Shown here one piece after another: positions 1 through 13,100 of a DNA stretch of 64,000 nt. The stretch covers positions 6,161,957 through 6,225,956 of the forward strand of contig MU053881.1 of NCBI GenBank assembly GCA_013239625.1, in the 5' to 3' direction. How positions within the stretch are numbered: position 1 is the first letter of the stretch; every line of letters begins with the position of its first letter. Under the pieces are notes generated by a model that had not been told where the DNA came from, made no database searches, and worked only from the letters and a program-made list of their open reading frames with translations. The stretch is from Lama guanicoe. Its lineage: Eukaryota. The position numbers were made by a program, and so were the translations under genes.

Positions 1-557
1 CTTCACATAGCAAAGACTAATCACAAACAGCATTTTATTGCAGTGTCTGTAACTTCACCATAGCCTGATCTAGTTCAAAAAACACATCAAATCTCGTTTA
101 CAACCAAACTTAAAATTCTCCAAGAAAATCCTATTCTCTTTTAGAAACTTTTCTTCTAAGGACCATATAACCACAGACCAAAATCTTTTGTGGGGGGGAA
201 AGAAAATCAAGGGAAAACTTACAAAATACAGCTGGAGCTATTCAGATTCTTTCTGCTCAATCCATTTTATTACAAACTCTTCAGCATAAGATACACCAGA
301 CTTGTTAACTTGTTAGCACATTTAGTAATTTTTCTACTAAATCTCCCTCAAAAATAAAAAGCACCTAGTCAAAACGTTTTGGGAAATGCTGCATACTCCA
401 TCCTTTAATTCAGCTCATTTAACAAAAACACAACCATTGACCATTCACCTAACATTTAATAAAAATTACTTAATTCCACAAGATAATTTTGGTAAATAAT
501 TTTCATGCAACTCCGCCCCATACAACTATGTCAGGTTTCTAAGGGCATACTACTTAC

Positions 558-622
558 TCGTCATCATCATCGTCATCGTCATCATCATCTTCATCTTCAT
601 CAGCAGCAAGTTTTACTTTTTT
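558..622 (-). CDS. NPM1: Nucleophosmin exon 6 (acidic tract); the remaining exons lie beyond the left edge
   Basis: taataag|AAAAAAGTA...GACGA|gtaagt; KKVKLAADEDEDDDDDDDDDD; 65 nt. Confidence 0.94.
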
Positions 623-723
623 CTTATTAAAAAAAAAATGAACACACATTGATAAGCAAGTGCTAATCCAAACTACCAAACTAAAGCCAAGAGTAAGTTA
701 TGGGTATTAAATTACATCTATAC

Positions 724-830
724 CTGTGGAACCTTGCTACCACTTCCAGGGGCAGAACGCTTTCCAGATATACTTAGGAGTTTCACATCCTCCTCTTCTT
801 CATCTTCTGACTCTGCATCTTCCTCCACAG
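724..830 (-). CDS. NPM1: Nucleophosmin exon 5 (acidic tract, start of bipartite NLS)
   Basis: ttttag|CTGTGG...CCACAG|gta; (A)[35 protein letters not shown]; 107 nt. Confidence 0.97.
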
Positions 831-1165
831 CTAAAATAAAATCCTTTATCAGCCAAAACTAAAACTCAACCAATAGCAAGAACTCAGAAGAAAAGGGCAT
901 TGTTAACATACAGTGATGAGCACTTAAAAACTGAGATTCTATTAGAATCAGAAAATAGAAAACAAAAATTTTTAAGAAGAATTTTGGGAGCTAATACTAG
1001 GTTTTACATGCAAAACACCCAGCTTTTTTAGTTATAATTTACTAGATGCCCATTTGAATCTATTACAGACAGTTGTACTAGAACTAAGCATACTTTATAA
1101 AGTACAAACTGGGAACAGAGCAACTGCATGAAGAATAAACAGCATAACACATAAAAGTAACATAC

Positions 1166-1259
1166 CTACTAAGTGCTGTCCACTAATATGCACAGGCCCT
1201 GAACCACACTTCAACCGTAAGACCACAGGTGGTGTTATTTCAAAGCCCCCAAGAGAAAC
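1166..1259 (-). CDS. NPM1: Nucleophosmin exon 4
   Basis: tttcag|GTTTCT...GTAG|gtatg; [31 protein letters not shown]; 94 nt. Confidence 0.97.
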
Positions 1260-1606
1260 CTGAAAAAAAAAAAGAAAAAAACTTTTAAATCACTAAATAT
1301 TGTGAAGAAAATAAAAGGTTACGTTTGGTAAAAAACCTGTTCATAATTTTAAAATGTCTCTGAACAAGAAAACTCATCAGCCAATGAACTAGTGAACTTG
1401 TTTTTCCACCTCTGATAAACAAGCAGCTACCACCATGTTCAGGAGTTTATCAGTCAATCCATAGTGACAGAAGATGCAACAAGTGACTACTAGAAAAACC
1501 AAACCAAATTTTATTTCCTTGGTGTAATCTAAATGACACCCACCTTAATTAACAATTAACAAAATTAGACTTTGACATAAAATCCAAAGTATGAAAGTGT
1601 CCTTAC

Positions 1607-1726
1607 TGTTGGCTGTACAGACATTTTCAAAGTCGCCAGTGTTACTTTAATTGGACTGCCTTCGTAATTCATTGCCTCTGCTTCAACAATGTGCAATTCA
1701 TCCTTTGCACCAGCCCCTAAACTGAC
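1607..1726 (-). CDS. NPM1: Nucleophosmin exon 3
   Basis: acag|GTCAGT...CCAACA|gtaagg; [40 protein letters not shown]; 120 nt. Confidence 0.98.
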
Positions 1727-2313
1727 CTGTGAACAGAAAAACAGTAATTCAACTTGAGCTTCCACTATTTTACAATGCCCCCCAATTCCGCTGTTTTTTA
1801 AAAAGCTGGACAGCTATAAACCTTTCATTATTACCACTGATAAAAAACTGATTTAAGCACAATGTTGTCTTCAAGTTTTATGTGACTGCGACAATTCCTC
1901 ACATTCAGCAAATTTGAATAAAAATACATTTGATGACATAAATATTTATGTCATCACCTATTCATAGTATAAATTACCTAACATTTATTGGCCACCTACA
2001 GGCTGAGTAGTAGGATAAAGCCTAGTGTCTGTGGGGAACAAGTAGATTTTTATTTATCACTACCCTCAAGGGCTTTATAACTGAAGGAAAGTACATAAAA
2101 AAAGAAAGCTGAACATAGTGTGACTGGACTTTCATTACAATTACCAAATGAGTGGTAAAGATGCCAAGCTTTGTATCACATACATAAAGAAAATTAAGTA
2201 TATACAATATTCAGTTATAAAAATACTATTATAAAATAAATACTAGGCCATACAAATAGGAACTAAGAGGTTCAAAACAAGAGATATAGTTTATTTTGAA
2301 AAGTTTTAAGTAC

Positions 2314-2393
2314 CGTTCTTAAAGATAATTGGTGCTCATTTTCATCATTATCCACCTTAAAGTGATAATCTTTGTCGGCTTTTAGTTCACAAC
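2314..2393 (-). CDS. NPM1: Nucleophosmin exon 2
   Basis: tttacag|GTTGTGAA...AGAACG|gtactt; (G)[26 protein letters not shown]; 80 nt, frame consistent. Confidence 0.97.
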
Positions 2394-3676
2394 CTGTAAA
2401 TGAAGAAAAAAACTATAATACAGAGAAAATAACAAAACTTCAGTGCTGGTAACCAAAAAGTTAACTTCTGAACTAGTTTTCACTATTCTACCAAAAGGCA
2501 AGGCAAAAGTACCTCTCTGGATTTCTTAAACACAGAAGTTCATAAACACCAAATAATATCCATACAGAGCTTTATAAATTCCACTTTCCCAATGTACTAT
2601 TTTATCCTCAACTACACTACTATTCTCAGGTAGAAATAGGCTCAAATACTTAGTAAAACGAACTGAAACCAAACCTAACCTACAATGTTGATAGAATCCC
2701 AGTATTACCTACCAAAACTCCCACCAAAAGTAAACATCTACATCAACAGCTTATATCTACAACAGAAAAACTACAAACGTCAAAAAACAAAAACACGTTA
2801 CAGAGGTCAACATTCCATCTTTGAAGTAAAAGAAATGATATATATTAAATTCTGTTCGGAAATTGTTTTAAGGCAGGAACAGAGATAGCCTAGGAATATT
2901 CCCAATACAAAGAGTTAACAGAAATTATCATATAAATTCATCAGAAACTCCAATTTTTCAAAACGGCTAATAATAAGAAAAGCCTAGTGTATACTGCATG
3001 TTACTACCATTCACAACAGGCAAATTGTTTTAAATACCATCAGAATTAAACTTAACTTAATCCCACTTAATTGCCATCTGATAGTTACTACAATAGATGC
3101 TCAAATGTTACTGCTCAATTAACTAATCTCAGTATGGTATATAAAGAAAAAATTGGGTGCAGGGCTTGCACTTAATTCAAAGCTTATCTGGCACAAAGAA
3201 ATGGCTTCAAAAATTAAGTACAGTGAGACTGAGAAACCAACGCAGGCCTCTTAGCATGGTGCCTGAGGGGGAAACCCCAAAACCTCTCTCTATATACAAC
3301 GACACGTTTAACAGAAGGCTGCCTCCGCAGGTCTCCCTCCCCGACAAAATCACTTATTGTGGAGCCAAGGGTGATGGGGTTAGGTCTAATTTCTCCCTAC
3401 AAGTGCAACCTTCGTTAAGTCACTTTCCCTTGAGCATCAGTATCGTCATCTGCAAAGTGGGCGCGACGATTAAAAAAAAAAAAGACTCTAAACGAGAACT
3501 ACCGGTAGAGATGGTTAGCACTGAACAAAGACCTCCAGCATCCTGGCGCTGCCTACCAACTCTCCTAACATTTCCCGCCCAACAGCCTCAATTAAGCCCC
3601 AGGACCCCCAGGCTCGGGGGTGACAAGACACCAGTGAGCCCCGGATGTAGCGCCCACACCCCCTCCTTCCCCCAAC

Positions 3677-3693
3677 CACGTGGCAACCACGTG
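3677..3693. promoter_or_regulatory. Tandem canonical MYC/MAX E-boxes in NPM1 intron 1
   Basis: CACGTG at 3677-3682 and 3688-3693 in a CAACCACGTG direct repeat; NPM1 is an established MYC target. Confidence 0.75.
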
Positions 3694-4260
3694 CTCCCAG
3701 CGGTTGCGGCCTCCTCACGCCGGGCCGCGCCTCCCCTCCCCCCGTAACCCGCCGAGGCACTGAAGCCGAGTCTCGGCCCGAGAGCGCCAGACCCTGAGGC
3801 CTGAGGGCCGCAGGACAACGCCAGGCGCTATCCATACTCTCCTCCAGAAAGGAGGCCCAAGCTTCATATCTCGAACCCACACAACCTCATGGATCACCAA
3901 CGCGGAACCCGACATCAGACACCGGCCCGGAATCAGAAGCCTACCGACTCACACACCTCAGAAAATAATTGTGCCTGGAATTCTACCGTGTGCCTCAGGC
4001 AACGCCGAACCCTCAGTCGGCCGGTTCCACGTTACCTCAGGCCCTCGGCCTCCGACCGCTCACGCCCCAGCTTCAAGCCGCCCCTCCTCCCCGCCGGCTC
4101 CCCATCCTTGGATTTCAAGACGCTGGCAGCTCTCTTCCCACTCCCTCGAGCCACCTGTCTGCTTAGCTTTCTCCACCAGCCCAAGCCTCGGTGAGACCCC
4201 CCCACCACCACCTCAAAACCAACAGGCCCTGCTCGGCCTCCTCCACCCCCTAGCAGTTAC

Positions 4261-4318
4261 CGAAAAGGTAGTTCTGAGGCCTCAGGGGGCTCATGTCCAT
4301 GTCCATCGAATCTTCCAT
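4261..4318 (-). CDS. NPM1: Nucleophosmin coding exon 1
   Basis: ATG at 4316-4318; encodes MEDSMDMDMSPLRPQNYLF(G), the NPM1 N-terminus; 58 nt; donor G|gtaact. Confidence 0.98.
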
Positions 4319-4410
4319 GAGTTGGTGGCACGCACTTAGGTGGGAGAGAAGACGGACAGAGATAAACCACCACTGTTCCGGAGAACAGCCGCGCAGGACG
4401 GAATCACACC

Positions 4411-4446
4411 AGGGAAAGGACGCGGGCTCCCTGCGCACATATATAG
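4411..4446 (-). promoter_or_regulatory. NPM1 core promoter: TATA-like TATATA plus pyrimidine (TCT/5'TOP) initiator
   Basis: Minus strand TATATA at 4440-4445, about 25 nt upstream of TCCTTTCCCT (4411-4420), which matches the known NPM1 mRNA 5' end (CTTTCCCTGGTGTGATTCC...). Confidence 0.75.
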
Positions 4447-6660
4447 CACCGTGGAGATCTCGCGAGAACTCCTCAAGTCCCGTCTCCGCGCGCGTGCTCG
4501 GGAGCCCCCCTCCCCTCCCGGTCGCCCTCCCGCGCAAGCGCTCTTCAACCTCACTCCTTTCTACTTCGCCCCCCACCCCCTCCAGGTACTTCGTGGGTGC
4601 CCACCGAGCACGCGCACTCGTACCTTAGCCCCACCCACCCGCCGCCGCCGCCGTGCGCACGCGTGCTGCCCCAGGGTAGCGCGCGTTCCTCCCCCTTCCA
4701 AGCCGTCCACGTCTTCTCCCGCTTTGGCGTCCGGGCCTCGCGCCAGGAGCCTGTTCAGCCCACCCTGCAAAATGGCGACGGTAACTCTTAGGTTTTTAGC
4801 TGAGGAGGGCGAGCCGATTGCTAAGTGAGCCAGAGAGCAGCTCTGTTCACCTTTCTCCATCCTCTGCCTCGCGGACCTCGAAACAAGCATGACCACTTCA
4901 GGTTTTCTGACTTGCCTGAAGGCCTGGGCGCAGAGTTCATTATTTTCCCAAAGTTAAAGCTTCAGGAGCCAGAGTGGACTAGGGATTTCCGTTTGTTGAG
5001 GAGAAAAGATGTAGCTGCTAGCCAGACTTATTCAGCTGTGTTTTTATAGCTCTGTCCTTTCTTAAGAAACATCTCCGAAGTTGAAATCCTTCATTATGTC
5101 ATTTTGGGGCCAAAACGGGACTGAATGGGCCTCTTCCATATAAGCAGGGCATGAACCAAACCTGGGTGATTTCTCTCAGGTTTTAAAAGAGCTGTGTATC
5201 CACACTCTGTCGCCACATAACGTCCTGTGAGGCAGATGTGACTATTCCCACTTTGCAGACAAGGAGACGGTCTGAGAGAAAGTAAGGTGCCCAAACAGAT
5301 GAAGTGATTTTAGGCAGGGTTCTCTAGCTCCAAGTCTAAATCTTACTAACATGCATGTAAAAGGGCTCGGAGATTTATGTGAGGGTCCAGTGTCTGAGGC
5401 ACTGCATTTCTTAATCTGTAACATTCCTAAGGCTGTTCTGACCTGTAAAGAACGCATATAACTTGTAAGAAATGCATAAACCTTACTTAATACTCTGGGA
5501 GTGAGCCCGGAAATGAGCATCTTAAACAAGCTACACTTTAACTGAAGACCCCTCTCTCCCCGCCCCACCGCCAACTGCAGCTTCTGGGAACTCGTGCTGA
5601 GGATCCCCCTAGTTATCTTTTTTACATCAACAAGTCAAAGTTAAGAAGTACTGTAAAGAACAAAAATAGTGGCAGCGATGCCATACCCACTTTTCTCCAA
5701 AAACAGTCTATTTGGGAAGATAAACTGTGATTCACATGAACCAATTATTGCTTAATAGAATTAAAATTCTAAATTTGGAGAAATCAATGAGAACAATTTA
5801 TGAATGGTCTTAGCTGTTCCCCACCTTCTCCCTGCCCCCAACCGAAGAGTCTTCACTAGCCTGATTCTTGGATCTTTCAAAATGGAGAGTGTGCCCAATT
5901 ACTAGAGAAGAAAACTGAGCCTTGGAGGGATATCTGTGTAATGGAACTGAGAAAGGCTGATAAAAGGAAGGAGAGGACTGTGGCTGAGGAGGATTTAGGG
6001 ATTTAGAATGGCAAAAGGTTCAAGAGAGAAGCTATAGGATAGTGGAGAAAGGATTAATGTTCTTTGAGCTCATGCAAATAAAAGTTGTAACTACTCTGTA
6101 ATTTCTGGACAATGCAGCTCTGTACAGAGCCTGTACCATTTGGAAGCCATAGCTCATGTTATGTAAATACATTTGCTATTTTAGTATTTTATGTACCTAG
6201 TCCAGATATGATCTCATGGAATTAAGTGGTTAAAAGGAAAAAAAAGACTTCTTACATTTTTCAGATACACAAATGTAATGAATACACATTATCTTTAAAA
6301 TAAATTAATAGTATTTAGGCCTATACAAGTGAAAAAGTAAAATGCCCCTCTTTCCATATCCCCATTCCTACTCCCTAAGGTTAATCACTGTTAATAGTTG
6401 TGTGATTATCCTTCCAGGCTATACATACATATATGTGGAATGGGGACAGATCATAGAGTTGGGATTTTTTTGGTATTTTTTTTTAATGTATGTGATTCAT
6501 ATATTGTTCAACTTGCTTTTTATATTCAAAAATATATCTTGGACATTTGTCCAAACTAGTACCTAATATGGATATGTTATAATTTAACTATTCATTTCTC
6601 CATCGATAAGTGCAAAAATCATCTTCATAACTTTACTGTAAGATATAATGCTTTAGTAAG

Positions 6661-7041
6661 TGTTTTGGACTGAATATTTGTGTTCCCCCCCCCCCAATTC
6701 ATATGTGTTCCTCCAAAACCTAAACCTCAGTGTGATTGTTTGGAGATAGAACTTGTGAAAAGGTGATAAAGGTTAAATGAGGTCTTAAGGATGGGCCCTA
6801 ATCTGATAGGATTGGTACCCTTATAAGAAGAGCAAGGGACACCAAAGCTTTCTCTCTCTCCTCTTTGTAAGGACATGGGACGAAGGCAGCCATCTGCAAG
6901 CCAGAAAAAAGCTCTCACCAGAAGTTGAATTGGCTCGCACTTTCATCTTAGATTTCCCAGCCTCCAAAACTGGGAAATTTCTGTTGTTTAAGCCACCCAG
7001 TTTGTGATATGTTGTTATGGCAACCCAAGCAGACTGCTATA
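6661..7041 (+). mobile_element. MaLR solo LTR (MLT1A-like)
   Basis: Typical MLT1 text (ggttaaatgaggtc...gggccctaatc...ccttataagaagag; ttgtttaagccacccagt); flanked by GTAAG target-site duplication at 6656-6660 and 7042-7046. Confidence 0.85.
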
Positions 7042-7646
7042 GTAAGTATCTTTGTACATATCCTTATCGTTCTGTGATATCTAATGTATAGAGGCCCATT
7101 GCATTCTTTTTAAGAGTTGCATAATATTCCACAGGATGAAATATACACTGTTTTTAAAATTCCAGGTTTTATTTATCTCTTCATGTGTTAACACATTCTG
7201 TAATGGAAATTTTCAAACATGCACAAAAATAGAAAGACTATTTTGATGAACACTCACATACCCATCACCCAGCTTCAACAGTTAGTACGTTGCTACAGCC
7301 AATCTTATTTTATATATACCCTCTTACCACCATTTGCTCTCCACCTCTGCTGGATTCTTTTAAAGTAAATCCCACATATGTATATTTTCATCTGTCTATA
7401 CTTCAGTATGAATCTTTGAGAGATAATTTTGTAAAGCTTAAACATATCATTATGATACATATCAAAATTTTAAATAATTCCTAATATCATGAATTATCCA
7501 GTTCAGATTTCCCCAATTATCTCTTACCTTTGGTTTGCTTAATTAAGGATCCAAACAAGGTCTACACGTTATACACTGAGATGTGTTACCATTTACCCCT
7601 ATTCCTATTCCTTTACTCCCTGTTTTTTCTGTAAATTAGTAGATCT

Positions 7647-7862
7647 GCAGCTGCTCTGTCAAATGTAGTTGCCACTAACTACATGTGGCTACTTAAATTT
7701 CAAATAATTAATATTAACTAAAATTTAAAAGTCAGTTCCTCAGTCTCATTAGTTAAGTGCTCAACACCCACGTGGCTATTGACTAATGGCTATAGTATTG
7801 GATATAGTATTAGGTAGCACGCAATAACATTTCCATCATTGCAGAAAGTTCTGTTGTCTGCA
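7647..7862. mobile_element. hAT-Charlie DNA transposon fossil (MER3/MER33-like)
   Basis: gccactaactacatgtggctactt...acatttccatcattgcagaaagttctgttg resembles the MER3 consensus as recalled. Confidence 0.7.
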
Positions 7863-8079
7863 GCCATGATGTAGAGTCTTCACCAGGATGTGTTCACTTT
7901 CTTGGTAAGAATACTTCATAGGAGGCTTGAATGTTTCCTGTTGTACATGAACACAGATTGTCTGATTGTTTCTCTTTTTGTGATGTTAAGTTCAGGTATC
8001 GTCAGCCTGATTCTTCCTTTATAAAGTCCTCCATTCACCTAAGAGTTTTAACTGACCCTCAACATTGATTTTTGCTGCT

Positions 8080-10170
8080 GTCAGACTGGACGTTTGGTGG
8101 TGACACTACCGCATCAGCCTTAGTGAGAGCAAGCCTATGCTATTGGTATCCATCTGTGCCACCATGATTTCTCCATTTATGAGCCACTATGTGAGCACTG
8201 GAGTAGGGGCAGAAGCTGGCTGACATCTCCTGAGTGGGTCATCTTGTTCATAGGTTGTTTAGTTCTTCTTTTGCAGTGGATGCTCTCTGGTGAGCATCAT
8301 TGTATGATTCAAAGATCTGGGAAGGGGTGGGGTATAGCTCAGTGGTAGAGCACACGCTTAGCATACATGAGGTCCTAGGTTAAATCCCCAGTACCTCCAT
8401 TAAAAAATAAATAAATAAACCTAATTACCCACCCACCCCCCAAAAACAGAAATGACATATATCTGCACATTTAGTATCTACTCCATAGGTCTATCAAGTG
8501 CCTGTTCCCCTTATCAGACCTCCTTATCTATGATCTTTCGATCCCATTTCTTCTAGTCCCTGGCCAACTCGCCATTTGTCACTGCCCAGGATTCTGTCTA
8601 TTTCTTTATGTGAGACCACTTTGCTGTCCATGCAAAGTGAATGACTAAGGGCACCATCCAAAGGTCTGTCCATTGGGAGGATTAATCCTCCCCATTGTCT
8701 TTTAGGGCCACCTCAGAGTGGCCCATCCCGTCCATTCCCAGCTTGCACTAACATGTTCCGTCTATGAATCAGCTCAGGGTTTCTCTTTTAATCAGCTGGT
8801 TTTAAGGAACCTACCATGAGGCCATAGGTATAAGCATTTGTGCAATGGAAGTAGATAATGTAGAGTCTGGGCCACCTGTTCATACAGCTTGCTTATGCCC
8901 TTTGGAGCTGCTTCAGCTCAACCCTGAGTATATTACTTCCATTGTATAGTGGAGTGTTGCTGGGTCTCCCCAGCCTTATGATTTTGTGCATCTGACAGTG
9001 ACTTGGCCCCATGGTTGGATACTCAGTCTTTACCAGGACACAATAACACTTCAGAAGTGGTTCTCTACTGCAGACATCATGCCCTTGCTCCAGCACTCTA
9101 GGGGTCTGCATCATGGTTTACCCATAGGGCTTGACAGAAACTTCTCATTGGTGTCTTTCTCTACCGCAGATGGTACTCCAGACTTACTACCCATTAAGTT
9201 AATTTCACCCACCTTGCCTTTGGTAGCACCTCCTGGCCCCAGATAACAGCCGATACTGAGCTTCTCAGTGATGAAAATTGCTCCTTCACTAAGACATTCA
9301 CTATCACTTAATGAAAGGAAGAACCTCTGGGCTCTCTTTCCCCTGATCATCGGGTGAATTCTTGGATCTTATATAATGAGTTTTGTAATCTCTTCCTCAG
9401 CACTTCCCAACATCCTTCTAGCACATCTACCTTTAATTCTGTACACTATCATTTTTTCCCAAGCTTTCAGCAGCCATCCCAGCTAGAGCTGATCTAGGAA
9501 CCCTTGCTAAGATTCTGAATCCTAAACTATGAAAAGATCCTCCTTATCATCAGACTTTATATTCACCTCTCATTCCTTAAAATCCACTGTCAGTGGGTAT
9601 TTTCCCTCAGTTCTAGGCCCTGTACTCTTCAGGGAATAATCTCTCTTCTTTCCTAGCAGGTTCAGGCCGTGCTATGACTTGACTAGTTACTGGTCTAATA
9701 TCCAATAGGGGAGGTGGGAACAGATCTTGGGGAGGGCAAGTATCATCTTGAAAGTCATCCACCTTAGCTGGAACAAATGTAATCTTCAGGCAAAGGGATT
9801 CTAGCAATGGGCACTGGACCACTCCTGCAGGCTCACAGGTTCAGAGAAGCTGGAATTTCAATGGAGTCAAACAAGTTCTCCTTGGGTATCGCCTCACCAG
9901 CTCTCTGGGACCTGTTTCTTCCCTCTTATGGCTAAGAGACCTGCAGAGGCTACAAATTCAGGCTCCTCTGAATTCCTTAGTAGGTATGTTACTACTAAGA
10001 CCTAGACCCAATTTTCCACATGGTTTGCCGTCTGGATGAGGGTACTTTTAAACCTCACCATGGAGGACTCCCACCATGTCCTGAATTGGTAATTGGCCAA
10101 CCTGAGGTTGTCATTTTCTTCTTTTAGAATATGTAATTGGCAGAGATATATCCATAAGCCAGCAGAATCC
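8080..10170 (-). mobile_element. Degenerate ERV-L/MaLR internal region (gag and partial pol remnants)
   Basis: Minus-strand translations resemble ERV-L gag (LKEENDNLR, PPPLLDIRPVT, GWLLKAW), with an integrase-proximal segment near 8100-8300; many stops. Boundaries approximate. Confidence 0.6.
8324..8445 (+). mobile_element. tRNA-derived SINE, Vic-1-like (camelid)
   Basis: ggtatagctcagtggtagagc (A box), ggttaaatccc (B-box-like), then tail attaaaaaataaataaataaacctaattacc; inserted in the older ERV remnant. Confidence 0.8.
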
Positions 10171-10199
10171 CCACAACGTTTCCCTGACCTGTGGAATGA

Positions 10200-13100
10200 G
10201 GGCTCTGATGAGAGAAAAGGCCAAATGGAAGTCACCATAACTGCTTCTATTTGTGGTTACCTATGAAAATAGTAAACCAAAGGCAATACCATGTTCCTGG
10301 AGAGACTGCAGAGGTTCATGCCATTATCAAGGACTTGGAAGAAGATGAAGTGGTGGTAATTCCTACCCTATTCCCCCTTCAACTTGCCTCTTTGGCTTGT
10401 GCGGAAGACAAATGAATCTTGGAGAAGGGCAGTGGATTATCATAAACTTATTTAGTAATGACTTCTATTGCACGGCTCTTCCAGATATAGTTTAATATCT
10501 GGAGTCAATCAACACATCCCCAGGACCTGCTGTTAAGCTGTTGACCTGGAGAATGCCTTCCCTGCCTATATCTGTTAATTAAGACCATCAGACACAGTTC
10601 GTTTTAGCTGGCAAGGCACCTTCAGTGTCCTCCCTCAGGGCTATATCAATCTTCAGAACCTCTGTCATGATCTAGTCTGGAAGGACCTTGATTGCCTTTC
10701 CACAGGACATTAAGCTGGTTTGTTCCATTGATGATATCATGCTGATTGGACCTGGTGAGCAGGAAGCAGCAACTGCTCTAGATATTTGGTGAGACACTTG
10801 CATACCACAGCATAGGAAACAAATCCCACAAAATTCAAGGGTCTGCAACCTTGGTGAAATTTCTAGGGGTCCAGTGGTCTGAGATATCTCAAGATTTCCC
10901 TTCCAAGAGGAAGGATGAGTTTCTACATCTGTTCCCTTCTACTACCAAGAAAGAAGCACAATGCTTAGTGAGCCTCTTTGGATTTGGGAGGCAACATATA
11001 TCTCATTTGGCCATGCTGTTCTAACATATTTACTGAGTGACCTAAAAGGCTACCAGCTTTTAGTAGGAACAAGAGAAAGGCTATGATGCTGCTCCACCAT
11101 TTAGGTCATATGACCCACATGACCCAGAAGATCCAAAGGTGCTTGAAGTGTCTGTTGAACATAGGGATCTATGTGGAGACTTCAGCAAGCCCCCATAGAT
11201 GATTAACTGCTCAGACATTTAGGATTTTGGACCAAAGTTATGTCATCCTCTACAGAAAGCTACTCTCCTTTGAGAATGGTTTGCTAATGGACACTAGTGG
11301 CAACTAAACACTTGACTATGAGCCATCAAGTTACCATGTAACCTGTTCTGCCCATCATAGACTGAGTGCTGTCCCACTCATCCAGTCATAAAGTTAGGCA
11401 TGCACAGCAGCACTTCACCTGCAGGTGGAAGTGGTATATGAGATCAGGTCCAGGTAAATCCAGAAGAGACAATAAGTTTCTTAGGCAAGGGGCCCAGATG
11501 CCTAGGGTCCCTACTCCCACTTCATTGCTCCTCTCTCTCAACCTGCATTATGGTAAACTGTATTTCTGAAGAAGGCCACAGTCATATCTCTTGCCCCATC
11601 AGTTCTTCTATAACCTTGACACTCCCCCATCAAGAAGTAGAGTCGGTGTACCCTCCCCTTGAACCTGCACCTTGTCCAGAAGAGTAAGGCAGAAGTGATG
11701 TCATGTGACTCCCAAGGGTCTTGGGGTTCTCACTCTTCGAACCTTGCCACCATACTATGAGAAAGCTCAGGCAGCCTGTGGGGGGCCTACCTGGAGAAGA
11801 ACAAAGACCTGGCCCACAGTCCTGGCTACACTTCAGCCAACAGCCAGCACCAGTTCACCAGTCATTGAATGAGCCAAACTGAAAGTCCATCCTCCAGGCC
11901 CCAGTCAAGTTTCTCAACGGGCTATTCCAACATGGGCTAAAGACGAGCCATCCCTATTGAGCCTGGCCCAAAGAACCAATCCATGAGCAAGATAAGTGAT
12001 TGCTGTTATTTTAGGCCACTAAGTTTTGGAGTGGTTAGTTATATAGCGATAGATAACTGATATACTCGTCTGTGTCCCTGAAAGACCATGGAGAAGGGAC
12101 ATTCTGTCAGCAGGCATAACTGAGCAATGTACCTAGTTGTTCATTCTGCCTAAAAAAGAGATGGCCAGAGGCACAGATCTACAGTGATTCATGGATAATT
12201 GTTTGGCTGGATGGTCAGGGACTTGGAGGGAGAATGATTAGAAAATTAGTGCCAAGGAGGTCTGGGGAATAGGTTTGTGGACAGACCTCTCTGAAGGGCA
12301 CAGGATATGAAGATTTTAGTATTTTAAGTGAATGCTTAGCAAAGAGTCACCTAAGCAAAGAAGAATCTTAATTATCATACAGGCAAGGTGAACTGTTCCG
12401 CTACCATCAGTCAGCCTCTTTCTCCAGTGCCCCTATCCCTGGCCAAAAAGCTCATGAAAAAAAAAAAAAAAGGCCAAAGTGGCAGAGACAGGTTATGCAT
12501 GGGCTTAGCAACACGGATTTCCACAGCCCAACCTGCCAAGAGCAAAGACCCGCAATGAGCTTCTGATGTGGCCCCATTCCCCAGGACCAGTCATATGGTG
12601 TTAGAAGTAAGTTTATCTTGTTTTCAATGGGTCTCTTCTGTATTGGAAGGGATAGCACTTTGTTCTCACTAGATTAGATACTTAACTTTGTATGTAGATT
12701 TGCTTTCCCTGCCCACTTGCTTCTGCCAAAACCAACCTCCATGGAATTAATAGACTTTTAACTGTCATCGCATTCCATAATGCATCGACCAAGGAACTTA
12801 CAAGACCAAGTGACTTACATTACAGCAAATGAAGTGTGGCGATAAATCCATGCCCATGGAACCCACTGGTCCCTTGTTTGCTGTCATCTGGCCTCATAGA
12901 ATGGTATAGTGGCCTTGTGAAGATTCAGTTACATTCTCAGCCAGATGGCAACATCTTTTTGGGCTGGAGTAATGTCCTCCATGTTGCAGTAAATGTGCGA
13001 AATCAAGGGTTAGTATATAACCAGGATCCATGGAAATCTAGGAGTGAAATGGAATGGTAATCACGAGAAAAGCCACTCCCATTTCTACTCCTAGTGATCC

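Larger units (their letters stand above)
3600..4900. promoter_or_regulatory. NPM1 CpG-island promoter
   Basis: High GC and CpG density spanning exon 1; contains TATA-like, TCT/TOP, TCTCGCGAGA, YY1 and E-box motifs. Confidence 0.9.

Noticed and set aside
4250..4576. 108-aa ORF extending NPM1 upstream
   Set aside because: It starts at GTG upstream of the TATA/TCT start, so it is not in the mRNA.
3157..4896. Many overlapping ORFs (up to 196 aa) around NPM1 exon 1
   Set aside because: Stop-codon depletion in a CpG island; Pro/Arg/Gly-rich with no recognisable domains.
8324..8400. Possible tRNA-Ala-like gene
   Set aside because: Degenerate B box and arms, SINE-type A-rich tail, and insertion within an ERV remnant indicate a SINE.
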